From: Spirochaetota bacterium
GTDB lineage: Bacteria; Spirochaetota; UBA4802; UBA5550
Direction: 5' to 3'
NCBI GenBank assembly: GCA_050298055.1
Contig: JBNKTL010000030.1
Coordinates: forward strand, 1-64,000
Length of the DNA: 64,000 bases
Shown here: one piece after another, positions 20,036 to 30,095 of the stretch
How the letters are laid out: every line of letters starts with the position of its first letter
Position numbering within the stretch: the first letter of the stretch is position 1
The notes under the pieces: generated by a model
Told to the model about the DNA's origin: nothing
Database searches by the model: none
The model's input: the letters and a program-made list of their open reading frames with translations, nothing else
Position numbers and translations under genes: made by a program

Positions 20036-21469
20036 TTATTTCCCAAGATATTTGTCTCCATCCCACCAGCCAGTTGTTTCTCTGAGCAGGTTTCCGCTCC
20101 TCTCAAATTCATATTCCGAACCCTTCCCGAACTTTTTGCCATTCTTATATTGCCCGTCAAACTTGTAGATGATATTACCAAACCGGTCCTTCTTAATAAA
20201 AATACCGCTCCCATGCCTCATGTTATTTTCATAGCTTCCCGTATAGCTGGTGTTATCGTCATAATAATGGGTCCCCTGCCCGTGCATCATATTATCTTTC
20301 CAATCACCGTCGTATACCTTCTCTCCCTTTTTATTAAACAGAATCCCCTTTCCATTGTATTCACCGTTAAAGAATTCACCTTCATATTTTTTACCGTCCG
20401 GTCTGTGATGCGTACCCTTTCCATACCCGAGGATGTTCCCGTCTTTAAATTGCCCAACGATTTTTTCATTTTCACTGAAAAACTCATAAAGTATGCTGTT
20501 ACCTTTGTCTCCCAGAACCCACTTCTTGCTCAGAACATTGTTCCCTTTATACTCGTAGTAGGTCCCTATCCAGGTAAATTTATCATTTCTGTACACTCCG
20601 GCATATTTTTTGCTGATGTTCCCGTTTTTATAATACTGATATGTAGTACCCATGCCGTTTTTCTCGTCATTCTTCCATTGTCCTTTATAATACAGGCTTC
20701 CATTTCTTAGATAGAATTCACCCATGCCATCCCGTTTTCCGTTTTTGAACATACCGGTATACCTGTTCCCATTGGGGAAATAATAGGTCCCTCTGCCGTT
20801 ATAATAACCATTCCTGAACTCTCCCTTATAACGAGAACCGTTCACCCATGTTAATTCACCCTTGCCGTCTCTTCTATCATCTTTAAATTCACCTCTGTAT
20901 TCATGCCCCATAGCGTGAATACACCTCCCTTTCCCGTTTACCATACCTTCTTTGAATTTCCCCCTGCACTCCCAGCCGTCATTATAGAGCATAATTCCCT
21001 CATCATTCTCGCACTGACCGTCAATACACTTTGTCTTATATATATCGCCATCGTCATTATAAAAAGTCCCGTTATTACCGAACTTACCCCTGATAAAATC
21101 TCCAATATACCTCGATTTACTCTGAAAAACAAATTCTCCCCTGCCATGAATCATGTTATTACTGAATTCACCAGTGTAGAAAGCCCCATGGACATTCAAA
21201 GAACTATTATTGGCATCCTTCAGGTTGTTTATCACCCTTTCACTGAACTTGCTGGCTCCTGAAAAAAATATCTTTCCTTCACCCTCCATCTTCCCATTCC
21301 TGAATTGACCGATATACCTGCTCCCATCCCTGAGAACAATCTCACCCGTACCGTTCTTACAATCACCTTCAACACAGCTTTTATCATCAGCTGACAGAAT
21401 ACCATTTATGAACAATACTGCAAAAAACAGGAATAATCCGATAAATCTTTTAAAACCAACCACTCTCAC
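20036..21469 (-). CDS. Secreted MORN-repeat protein
   Basis: Many YxGxFxNGxxxGxG repeats; signal peptide; two CxxGxC caps. Confidence 0.9.
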   Translation of the reverse strand: MRVVGFKRFIGLFLFFAVLFINGILSADDKSCVEGDCKNGTGEIVLRDGSRYIGQFRNGKMEGEGKIFFSGASKFSERVINNLKDANNSSLNVHGAFYTGEFSNNMIHGRGEFVFQSKSRYIGDFIRGKFGNNGTFYNDDGDIYKTKCIDGQCENDEGIMLYNDGWECRGKFKEGMVNGKGRCIHAMGHEYRGEFKDDRRDGKGELTWVNGSRYKGEFRNGYYNGRGTYYFPNGNRYTGMFKNGKRDGMGEFYLRNGSLYYKGQWKNDEKNGMGTTYQYYKNGNISKKYAGVYRNDKFTWIGTYYEYKGNNVLSKKWVLGDKGNSILYEFFSENEKIVGQFKDGNILGYGKGTHHRPDGKKYEGEFFNGEYNGKGILFNKKGEKVYDGDWKDNMMHGQGTHYYDDNTSYTGSYENNMRHGSGIFIKKDRFGNIIYKFDGQYKNGKKFGKGSEYEFERSGNLLRETTGWWDGDKYLGK

Positions 21470-21632
21470 TTTATACCTTCTTAAAAGGAAAATAATTCTG
21501 TCTTGCGGACAGTTTTTTCAAATATTTTTATTTAAACAGTTTTAATTCATAGCAACAGTTCCATATGTCAAATTATTTTCACTGGTTTTTAATATTTGAT
21601 TTATTTACTCAACAATAAACAAACTGACATGT

Positions 21633-21694
21633 TTTATGAACAAAAGAAAACTCATATGTCCCCCGCCGCCGAAGGCGGCGGGGGACATATTGTT
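21633..21694. repeat. REP-like palindromic element, copy 3 (flanks inverted)
   Basis: ATATGTCCCCCGCCGCC-GAA-GGCGGCGGGGGACATAT at 21654-21690. Confidence 0.85.
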
Positions 21695-21859
21695 TACAGT
21701 TTATTAAAGATCTATTTTATTATCAATAGAGCTATGGAGAAACTATTTGATAACCGGGGCAAATATGTGGGTGCATTTTAAATTTCGGATGAACGAAATC
21801 TCTTTTTACGTGGTCTAAGGGGTGAAACCCCTTAAAAGCCCCGCAGGGTCCCTGCCATA

Positions 21860-21904
21860 TTTGGGTGCGAATTATTTTTACCTGAAAAATAATTCGCACC
21901 CAAA
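21860..21904. repeat. Perfect 20-bp inverted repeat
   Basis: TTTGGGTGCGAATTATTTTT-ACCTG-AAAAATAATTCGCACCCAAA. Confidence 0.9.
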
Positions 21905-21969
21905 CATGTTAATGGCATATGTCTATAAAATTGTTGACATATTGAAAAAATTAAAAATAGTCTAAAATT

Positions 21970-23919
21970 ATGTCAAACAGCCAGGAACTGAGAAGGATAA
22001 AACGAAAAGCCAGGGCCCTGATGCTCAACAAGGACATTCCAAAGGGCAAAATGGATGCCGTAAGGTCGCTTTTAAATAATGACAGTATTAATGACAGGGA
22101 ACGATATACCACAATAATAGACCTTATAAAAAACTGCCCCGACAAACCGGTCCCGAAAATCACAACCAAAGAACCTCCCGCAGTAAGGGAAAAGCCTTTA
22201 CTTATAGATATTGAGTCATTCCAAATTGAACCGGTACAGAATGAGACAGCAAGCTATGCACCCACAGAGACCAGTTATTATATCGATGATCTTAACAGGA
22301 GATACAAGTATCTTAAGATTTTTAAAAAGAGATACCTCGCTCACAGAAATAACCGTTTCGGTATCGGTTTCCGTAAACGGCTTATTCCCACTCAGAAGCT
22401 GTTAAAGATATTGAAATTTATCTCCGAGTCACAGGAAAAGATCATGCAGAGGCTTACTTCTCTTCTTACCAATATACTTAATGATGAAAACATTGATAAT
22501 CCGGTAAATTTCAATTATCTCCGGGCATTTAGAAAGTGGATGATGGGTACACCCCTTGCAAGTGATAAATTCGATTCAATAAAATGGATGGAGAGGAACA
22601 GTTTTGAAAGGGAATTTAAAAATTACATTATCAACTTCTACTCTTTTCTCAAGATGGAGACAAGCAGCAGGGAAGAGTTAATCGAACTTATTGAGATGAA
22701 ATTACGGGAAAATGATGATCTCGCAAAGGAAGTGATCGATCAATTTGATACTGACCTCATAAGAAGAGGGAAAGAAAAGAGAAACCTGGAAAAGGAGAAG
22801 GAGATCCATGAATATATCTCTCTCCTGAGATCATTTCTCGTCTCAAAATTAAACGATGAGTCCCTGATATCTGCGAAGCTGAAAAAACAGTATGGAATTG
22901 AGAACTTTTCAAATCTTCTTCTTATGATAAATGAATCACTGGTATTCCAGAGGCCGGTAACATTAAATGAAGTGGACAGGTATTTTGAAATATCATCGCC
23001 GGTTGTAAGCACCGAGAAGTGGGATTATAATGAGGAGACACTAAAAAAAATCGGAAAGGACCCGGCTTCAAGAAAACGAAGGGAAATTATAAAACTGAAA
23101 CTGAGGCTTGAACCCTATGATGAGATAGTTGTGTTCCTTAAATCTGAGAAAGAGGGTAAAAGTCATCTCATGCATGGTGTGGAAAAGCAGTGGGAACTTA
23201 TTGATAAAAAAAGACAGACAGCTGATAATGCTTATCGTGATGACTTTTTCTCTTTTATTGATGGTGCAATCCAGTATTTCAGAAATTCCTACCTGCAGCT
23301 CCTTGACGGCAGTTCCCTCTACCTCAGGGACCCGGAAAGAAATGAGTTTGAAACATCGTTCTTTTCAGTAAATTTTCTTAATGATGAACTTTCAGAACTG
23401 GATGCCATACTCGATGAAATGCATCTTTTTAAAAGTAACAATCCCACACTTACACTGAAGCATGGTGAAATAAAGAAGATCATGATGAAACAGCTGACAT
23501 CATTGAGTAACGTGGAAGATTATGTACGAAACATCGGAAGCTTTTTTTACAGACTTGCAAAAAAACTCCAGGAACCGTACGATTTGCACAGAAGATGGAT
23601 CTATAACGGATCACCTCCCGTGACTTTAGAGAAGATAAGGCATCCCCTTGAGAAAAAAGAGATGGACTCCATAAGCAAAGAAATGGGTGCACCCTTTCCC
23701 TATTACGATTGCACAATTAAGGAATTTTACCAGAACAACCAGTTGGTAAAAAGACTTACCGGGAAAAAGTTCATTGAGGAATCGGGTGATACGGGGATAT
23801 ATCCTGATATCCTCTCTTTCCTCTACCAGGCTGCCCATGAGTGTTATAATGATTACCTTCTGGGTGAACTTGATGAAAGAAAAAGATTGATGAGACAAAT
23901 CGAAGAAATCAGCAGGTAA
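21970..23919 (+). CDS. Hypothetical protein, 649 aa, probably helical and cytoplasmic
   Basis: Long uninterrupted ORF; TTGACA-type promoter element upstream; no motif recognised. Confidence 0.8.
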   Translation: MSNSQELRRIKRKARALMLNKDIPKGKMDAVRSLLNNDSINDRERYTTIIDLIKNCPDKPVPKITTKEPPAVREKPLLIDIESFQIEPVQNETASYAPTETSYYIDDLNRRYKYLKIFKKRYLAHRNNRFGIGFRKRLIPTQKLLKILKFISESQEKIMQRLTSLLTNILNDENIDNPVNFNYLRAFRKWMMGTPLASDKFDSIKWMERNSFEREFKNYIINFYSFLKMETSSREELIELIEMKLRENDDLAKEVIDQFDTDLIRRGKEKRNLEKEKEIHEYISLLRSFLVSKLNDESLISAKLKKQYGIENFSNLLLMINESLVFQRPVTLNEVDRYFEISSPVVSTEKWDYNEETLKKIGKDPASRKRREIIKLKLRLEPYDEIVVFLKSEKEGKSHLMHGVEKQWELIDKKRQTADNAYRDDFFSFIDGAIQYFRNSYLQLLDGSSLYLRDPERNEFETSFFSVNFLNDELSELDAILDEMHLFKSNNPTLTLKHGEIKKIMMKQLTSLSNVEDYVRNIGSFFYRLAKKLQEPYDLHRRWIYNGSPPVTLEKIRHPLEKKEMDSISKEMGAPFPYYDCTIKEFYQNNQLVKRLTGKKFIEESGDTGIYPDILSFLYQAAHECYNDYLLGELDERKRLMRQIEEISR

Positions 23920-23924
23920 ACGTA

Positions 23925-24638
23925 TTATTCATCCTGATCTGACTTTTTCTCAGGCTTCCTGAAATCATTCCCTCTATTCCTGTATTCAAATCTCTGAAAA
24001 TCAAAGTTGAGGACCTTCTTCTTTCCGGCATAATCGATATGGAAGTATACTCTGAAGTTTCTCTGTTCAACCGGAATCCAGGGAAAAGCAGTAAAATTCA
24101 GGACCGTATCAGAAGGCGGAATAAAATCAAATCGAAAAGGAAGAGTATCTTTATGATAGTCAATCTCCTTAAGGCAGTATTTATTACCCAGAAGCCTCTT
24201 TTCCCCGAAGAGCTTTTTGAATTCAAACACCTTATAAGCACTGGATTTATGACGAGACTGAAAACTCTGATAAGAAAGACTTTCAGATTTAATGTTCCCG
24301 TATTCAATAACAATTTTCTCAATCTTTACCGGCTCTCTTCCTGTATTCTTGACCACATAATGTAAAACCGGGTAGTTTGAAAACCTGTAATTTTCATTCT
24401 TCCGTGAAGGTGCAGCAAAGTAATGATTTTCAAAGAGGGTATGCCACTTTTCGCTGTCAAGAAGTTCAACATGGATATCGCAGTAGATGCTCCTGATTAC
24501 AGAACACCCATTCGCCTTCTGCTCAATATCATACCTCTCAACTGCATCAGTACTCCTCAATATCCCATACTTCCTCGAACATGAAATAAAGAGAATGACT
24601 GGAAGAAGAATTATGAAGAAATTTCTCAAAATTGTCAT
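23925..24638 (-). CDS. Hypothetical lipoprotein
   Basis: Lipobox FISC after a hydrophobic stretch. Confidence 0.7.
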   Translation of the reverse strand: MTILRNFFIILLPVILFISCSRKYGILRSTDAVERYDIEQKANGCSVIRSIYCDIHVELLDSEKWHTLFENHYFAAPSRKNENYRFSNYPVLHYVVKNTGREPVKIEKIVIEYGNIKSESLSYQSFQSRHKSSAYKVFEFKKLFGEKRLLGNKYCLKEIDYHKDTLPFRFDFIPPSDTVLNFTAFPWIPVEQRNFRVYFHIDYAGKKKVLNFDFQRFEYRNRGNDFRKPEKKSDQDE

Positions 24639-24829
24639 AATCTGAAATATTGGTTTAATAAAAAAATATGTCAATTAAGAAACAGGTAAGGATATTCTGT
24701 ATACTATTTATCTGCAATTTATATCCTTTTCTTGACAAGCAGTGTAGCTCAGAGTAACCTGAAAATCCCAATTTTACTCTGGGGTTCATTTTCAGATTGC
24801 TCAGAGTAAATTTAACAAAAAGAGGCTAT

Positions 24830-25912
24830 ATGGATACTATTAAAAGCACACGATTGACCAGTATCGATGCTCTCCGCGGAATTGCGGTAATACTGATGAT
24901 AGAACAGCATATGGGTTTCTGGCTTTGGAACATGTCAAGCAGTTCATTGAAGTTCCAAAATCATCCTTTTCTCATAGGATTTAATGCAATGGGCGGATAT
25001 GCAGCCCCTGCTTTTATTATACTTGCCGGTACAGGAACCGTCTTTTTTGTTTCAAAATATGGTCCAGCTGATATTGTTCTTGTCAAGAGAGGGATTGCTC
25101 TTCTTCTTTTCGGATATTTTCTCAACATTACGGTCCCCAGCTGGTTTACTGCCGGTTCATGGTATGTTCTCCATATGATAGGTTTTAGTTTCATTATTAC
25201 AATTTTTTTAAGGAGAATATCAAATATCGGACTTTTTATTTTTTTTATTCTTATCCTTTCCGCAACTGTTGCTATTCACCATTACCTGCAGACCCCGGAT
25301 TTCCTTGGCAACAGGCACATGAGCAACTATCACCTCCCGGGAGGTGTATTCAGGCTTGCACTTGCTGAGAGCCAGTTTCCTGTATTTCCCTGGCTTTCCC
25401 TGTTCATAGCCGGTATTATATCAGGCAGATATATCCTTGAAAATAAACTCAAAAAGATTCTGATAATAGCATTTCTGTTTCTTTTTTTCGGAATGCTCTT
25501 AACACTTCCTTCTATATCTGGACTTGAGGTTACCCAAAAAGGCCTTTTGAAAATGCTATTCAGGATATATCTTGGTTTCTATCCGGCAAATCCACCAATA
25601 GTACTTATCCTTATATCAATTGTTCTGTTCACTATTGTTATTTTTATTCATATTGACAGGAAGTGGATTATAAGTGAAAAAAATATTCTTGTCTGCCTGG
25701 GCAGAACTTCATTAACTTATCTGATAATCCATGTTATTCTTTTCAGGCAAATAGGCAAGTCCATGGGCATCTGGCACAAATTCACATCAACTGAGGCGTT
25801 GATCATTATTTTTATTACACTTGGTATTTTGGCTCTTCTGGCCAGGCTATGGAGAAAGGCAGAATATCAATATGGTGCTGAATGGGTAATCAGAAAGTTT
25901 GGTGGTAAGTGA
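24830..25912 (+). CDS. DUF1624/HGSNAT-like membrane acyltransferase
   Basis: RLTSIDALRGIAVILMIEQH, AAPAF, FPVFPW and LGRTSLTYLIIH motifs; multiple TM helices. Confidence 0.8.
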   Translation: MDTIKSTRLTSIDALRGIAVILMIEQHMGFWLWNMSSSSLKFQNHPFLIGFNAMGGYAAPAFIILAGTGTVFFVSKYGPADIVLVKRGIALLLFGYFLNITVPSWFTAGSWYVLHMIGFSFIITIFLRRISNIGLFIFFILILSATVAIHHYLQTPDFLGNRHMSNYHLPGGVFRLALAESQFPVFPWLSLFIAGIISGRYILENKLKKILIIAFLFLFFGMLLTLPSISGLEVTQKGLLKMLFRIYLGFYPANPPIVLILISIVLFTIVIFIHIDRKWIISEKNILVCLGRTSLTYLIIHVILFRQIGKSMGIWHKFTSTEALIIIFITLGILALLARLWRKAEYQYGAEWVIRKFGGK

Positions 25913-25922
25913 AGATAATTTT

Positions 25923-26261
25923 CTACCAGAAGTCTTTAAAAAAACCTTTAACTAAATCAGGCTCATACTTCATACCGAAATCTTCAGCAAGATTCTCAAT
26001 AATTGCCAGAGGATAATGCTCCTTTGTATTTATATCATGTTCGATCTTTTTTAATGATTCTATGATCCGGTCTAAAGCAGATCCAACTCCAGGATTTGAT
26101 GAATCTACAGTGAGAAAAACCTTTCCTTTATCACCATGATAGTTTATCCTTATAATTCCGGTGACCATTTCACCCTCCCAACCATAGTTTATCTCTACAG
26201 ACATGAATATATGGTTTTTTTCACTATCACGGTTTGAAATGTTTTTGAGAGTCAGGTTCAT
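25923..26261 (-). CDS. Hypothetical protein
   Basis: 112-aa ORF co-oriented downstream of the cNMP-binding gene. Confidence 0.6.
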   Translation of the reverse strand: MNLTLKNISNRDSEKNHIFMSVEINYGWEGEMVTGIIRINYHGDKGKVFLTVDSSNPGVGSALDRIIESLKKIEHDINTKEHYPLAIIENLAEDFGMKYEPDLVKGFFKDFW

Positions 26262-26315
26262 TTTTTTTTCTACAACTTTTGCTTTATTACTCTGCTTTTA
26301 CTCAGAGCTACTCAT

Positions 26316-26837
26316 TTAGTCATACTCCGATATCTCCTCAACCAATGCAGAAAAAAGTGTTATTACATCTGAAGTTGATTTTCTCAACTTTGAGCTCAAC
26401 TGACTGGCTATTACCCTTGTAATATTCAACCCAATTTCAGGATTTTCATCACCAAATTTGATGAATTCATTTCTGGTTATTACAAGACATTCGCAATCCG
26501 TTGTCGCATATACTGTTGCAGATCTCTGGTCATTATCGATAAGGGCCAATTCACCTACAGACAGGCCTCCCATTTCTGCATTGAGAGTTGTGACTGTATA
26601 TTTTTCATTTTGAAGGGTTTTTTTGAGAACATCAATTTTCCCACTGAGAATTATATAGAGAGTATCACCATAATCGCCCTCTTTGATCAAGTAGCTACCT
26701 TTTTTAAAAGTTTTTTTTGTACAGATATGAACAATTTTGCTGATAACTTCATCATTATCAGCATACATTTGAAAAAACGATACTTCCCTTAACCTTTTTA
26801 AAATAACTTCATCATCAAGAATAGTGTTATATGGCAT
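26316..26837 (-). CDS. Cyclic nucleotide-binding domain protein
   Basis: LIKEGDYGDTLYIILSG, GELALIDNDQRSATV; no HTH. Confidence 0.9.
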   Translation of the reverse strand: MPYNTILDDEVILKRLREVSFFQMYADNDEVISKIVHICTKKTFKKGSYLIKEGDYGDTLYIILSGKIDVLKKTLQNEKYTVTTLNAEMGGLSVGELALIDNDQRSATVYATTDCECLVITRNEFIKFGDENPEIGLNITRVIASQLSSKLRKSTSDVITLFSALVEEISEYD

Positions 26838-28110
26838 AGCTTCCTTCTTTCAGCTTCTTTTTCTCTGCAAGATGTCCACTTCCTTCAATTATAATAGCCC
26901 TGCTGTATTTTGCAATAATGTAATCAGGATTAGGATTTATTACAGGTAAGTTGGCAATCAAGTTCTTTACAATTTTAAGATTATCTACAAGTTTTGAGAT
27001 ATCCGGAGTTTTTTGGGCTTCTCTTATGGCTTCCTTTTTCCTTTCATAAAAGTTTCCGGTATTTTCAAGAATCCCAATAAGAAGAGAGTGGTCCTTCTCC
27101 AAAAAATATTTAAAAGCATTTTCATAAGTATTGCCAATAAACTGGTCAGGAAAATCAACTGTATTTATCGAAGTATCCGAATTTACATTTAATAGAGCAT
27201 TTACAACATGTGAGATCCCGCCACCTGCCGAAGCATTGGCTATGATGGCCCTGTTATAATCACTTGTAAGTACTATTTCATCGCAATTTGAAGATGCCAG
27301 ATATCTCTCAAATTTCGCATCAAGTAATTCTGCACAGGTATAAACAGATTTGGAAATGGATTTTATGGTGATTATACTCATAACTGTCCGTGAATCAATC
27401 TCCTGTACCGATCCTTCCACCATGGCATCTGCCAAAACAAGAACTTTTTTTGCTTTTTTTAAATTCGCTCTGTTCAAAACCCTCTCATCAATAAAATCTC
27501 CATGAATATAGTTGATACTTTCAAATTGTTTTTCAGATTTAAGATTTTCAATCCTTTCAGGATCAGCAGTATTAATAAGGACAATCTCAGACGCGAGGAA
27601 TAACCTGTTTTTTTCCATTATATCATTGAGTGTTGCGGCCATATTCCTCTTCCATCCGCAAATGATAAAATGATTTTTAAGTTTTAATCCTTTCAAGCCT
27701 CTACCCTCCTTTATATGTTTCTCAACAAGAAGTGATGCTATATTACCGGTAATGACACCAACAAGAGAAATTCCAAAAAACATGAGGAGTATTCCTGCAA
27801 CCCGTCCTATCTGTGTCCTGGGGTAATAATCTCCATATCCTACTGTCGTTGAAGTAACAATTGCCCACCAGATCGAGTCGCTGAAAGACCTGATATTGCT
27901 TGAATTGTCCAGATCTTCTATTTTTTTCCCATTTTCAATTTTATATGAAATATTTCTCTTTTCAACATAATAAACTGCTGCAGAGAAAGAAATGAGAATA
28001 ACTATACCCAGCAAAAGTATTTTAAATGCCAATGACCGCCAGACTTTAAGTACTATCTCTCTTAAAAACATACTCCTGAAAATTTTTAATTTTTTAATTT
28101 TCATACTCAA
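26827..28110 (-). CDS. Potassium channel with RCK/TrkA-N domain
   Basis: WWAIVTSTTVGYGD selectivity filter; NHFIICGW Rossmann start. Confidence 0.92.
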   Translation of the reverse strand: MSMKIKKLKIFRSMFLREIVLKVWRSLAFKILLLGIVILISFSAAVYYVEKRNISYKIENGKKIEDLDNSSNIRSFSDSIWWAIVTSTTVGYGDYYPRTQIGRVAGILLMFFGISLVGVITGNIASLLVEKHIKEGRGLKGLKLKNHFIICGWKRNMAATLNDIMEKNRLFLASEIVLINTADPERIENLKSEKQFESINYIHGDFIDERVLNRANLKKAKKVLVLADAMVEGSVQEIDSRTVMSIITIKSISKSVYTCAELLDAKFERYLASSNCDEIVLTSDYNRAIIANASAGGGISHVVNALLNVNSDTSINTVDFPDQFIGNTYENAFKYFLEKDHSLLIGILENTGNFYERKKEAIREAQKTPDISKLVDNLKIVKNLIANLPVINPNPDYIIAKYSRAIIIEGSGHLAEKKKLKEGSYAI

Positions 28111-28377
28111 GCTCAGAGGAATTTTCCCAAATTATTCTTTACTATTTAATTTATCCAAAATAATATTTATAGAAAATTATTTCATGTATATATTTTCGTA
28201 AATAAAAGGTTATTTATTGAGTAAATATAACCTAAATTATGAAAAATCAGAAACTCATTAGATTCTTCCACTATTTTGCTCTGAGCAATATAAAAATTTC
28301 AAACTATAATAAAAAATTTTTAATATTTCTTCACCTCAATAGTATTAATATAAAACAATTTTTAAAAAGAGGCGGAG

Positions 28378-28977
28378 ATGTCAAACAAGAGGAGAAGACG
28401 TGAACCTGAATTAACATATCATATTTTCTCAAGATGTATCAATAAATTGTTTCTCATGAAAAAAAACAGGATGAAAGATCTTATGATATTGGTCCTTAAT
28501 ATGGCTCTTGAAAAATATAATTTTCAATTATGTAACTATGTTCTTATGGATAATCACTTTCACTTTATTATTAAAACTGTGAATGGCGGGGCCGATATTT
28601 CCATTATTATGCAGTACATTAAATCACAATATGCACGCAGATATAATAAATTAATGAATAGAACCGGTCCATTCTGGAATGAACGCTATAGCGACAGGAT
28701 TATAGAGGAATCTGAAAATCCTCAGAAGACTTTTATCAAATTAATTCATTACATTAATAATAATCCTTTAAATGCACATTATGTAACTGATTCAAAAAAA
28801 TACAAATATGGATGTATAAATTTTTTTATTAATGAAGATTACAATCCCCCGGTAAAAGTCTCATATCATAAATATTTTCAGGAACTGGGAGATACTTTTA
28901 AAGAGAGGATGAAAAAAATAATGGAATTTGAAGAGTCATCAAAAGATCATGTTTTTGATTTTTCATTCCAAGTTTAA
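28378..28977 (+). mobile_element. Y1 (HUH) transposase, REP-associated tyrosine transposase (RAYT)-like
   Basis: YHIFSR, YVLMDNHFH (HUH), YARRYN..RTGPFWNERY and YINNNP motifs. Confidence 0.8.
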
Positions 28978-29345
28978 TTTCTTATTATTTATAATATCAA
29001 ATTTATTCATTTCATTTTCTTGAGATATTGAATACATTTTTTTCCATAAAAATTTATATCATAAATGTAGAATACTATAAAAAAAATTTCATTCTGGCAT
29101 TTAAATAATTGATTAATTTAAAGAAGATTTTAAACCATTAGACTGTAGATATTATTATTTTCTTTTTTTCAATTTATTACTTTGAGCTGATTGAAAATAA
29201 TGCAGTTTATTTTTACTCTTTTATAAATTTACTCTGAGCATTAACAGAGCAATTGCTGATCATGTTAAAAATCCAATTAGTCTTTATTATAATATTTAAA
29301 AAAAATTATCACTTTACTTATCTCACAGGATTATATTATTATATT

Positions 29346-30095
29346 ATGGAAAAAATTAGGATTTTAAATCTCTCAAAAAAAATTGGATCAAAACAGATAC
29401 TTTCCAGAGTTGATCTCAGAGTAAATAATGGTGAAATAGTATGTATTATCGGAAAAAGTGGTTCCGGCAAATCAGTCTTGATGAAACATTTGATTGGCAT
29501 TTTTCAACCCGATAGTGGTGAAATTTTTGTTGATGGGAGAAATTATACAAATGCAGACGAAAAATTAAAGATAGATATAGAATCAAAGTATGGTATCCTC
29601 TTTCAGGGAGCAGCATTATTTGATTCAATGAATATCTATGAAAATGTTGCTTTCGGTTTAAGAAGAATTAATACAGACGAAACTGAAATTAAGTCAATAG
29701 TTTTTGAAATGCTCGAGAAAGTTGGTTTGAGAAACATTGAACATAAGATGCCTGGTGAACTTTCAGGTGGAATGCAGAAACGAGTTGGTCTGGCAAGATC
29801 GCTTGCTCTGAAACCCGAAATTATGCTCTATGATGAACCCACTACCGGTGTTGATCCCATAACTGCCGCTGCTGTTGACAGACTTATTTCCAGGATGAAT
29901 GACATTTTTAAAATCACATCTATTATTGTAACGCATGATATGAAATCAGCGTACAGAATAGCTGATAAAATTGCAATGCTTCATGATGGAAAAATTATAT
30001 TTTCAGGAACTCCTGAAGATATTAAAAACACAGATAATCCATATGTGAAACAACTCATTGAGGGTAGAGCTGATGGTCCGATTACATTATCATAA
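29346..30095 (+). CDS. ABC transporter ATP-binding protein, MlaF/Mkl-like
   Basis: GKSGSGKS, LFQGAALFDSM, LSGGMQKRVGLAR, YDEPTTGVDP. Confidence 0.9.
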   Translation: MEKIRILNLSKKIGSKQILSRVDLRVNNGEIVCIIGKSGSGKSVLMKHLIGIFQPDSGEIFVDGRNYTNADEKLKIDIESKYGILFQGAALFDSMNIYENVAFGLRRINTDETEIKSIVFEMLEKVGLRNIEHKMPGELSGGMQKRVGLARSLALKPEIMLYDEPTTGVDPITAAAVDRLISRMNDIFKITSIIVTHDMKSAYRIADKIAMLHDGKIIFSGTPEDIKNTDNPYVKQLIEGRADGPITLS

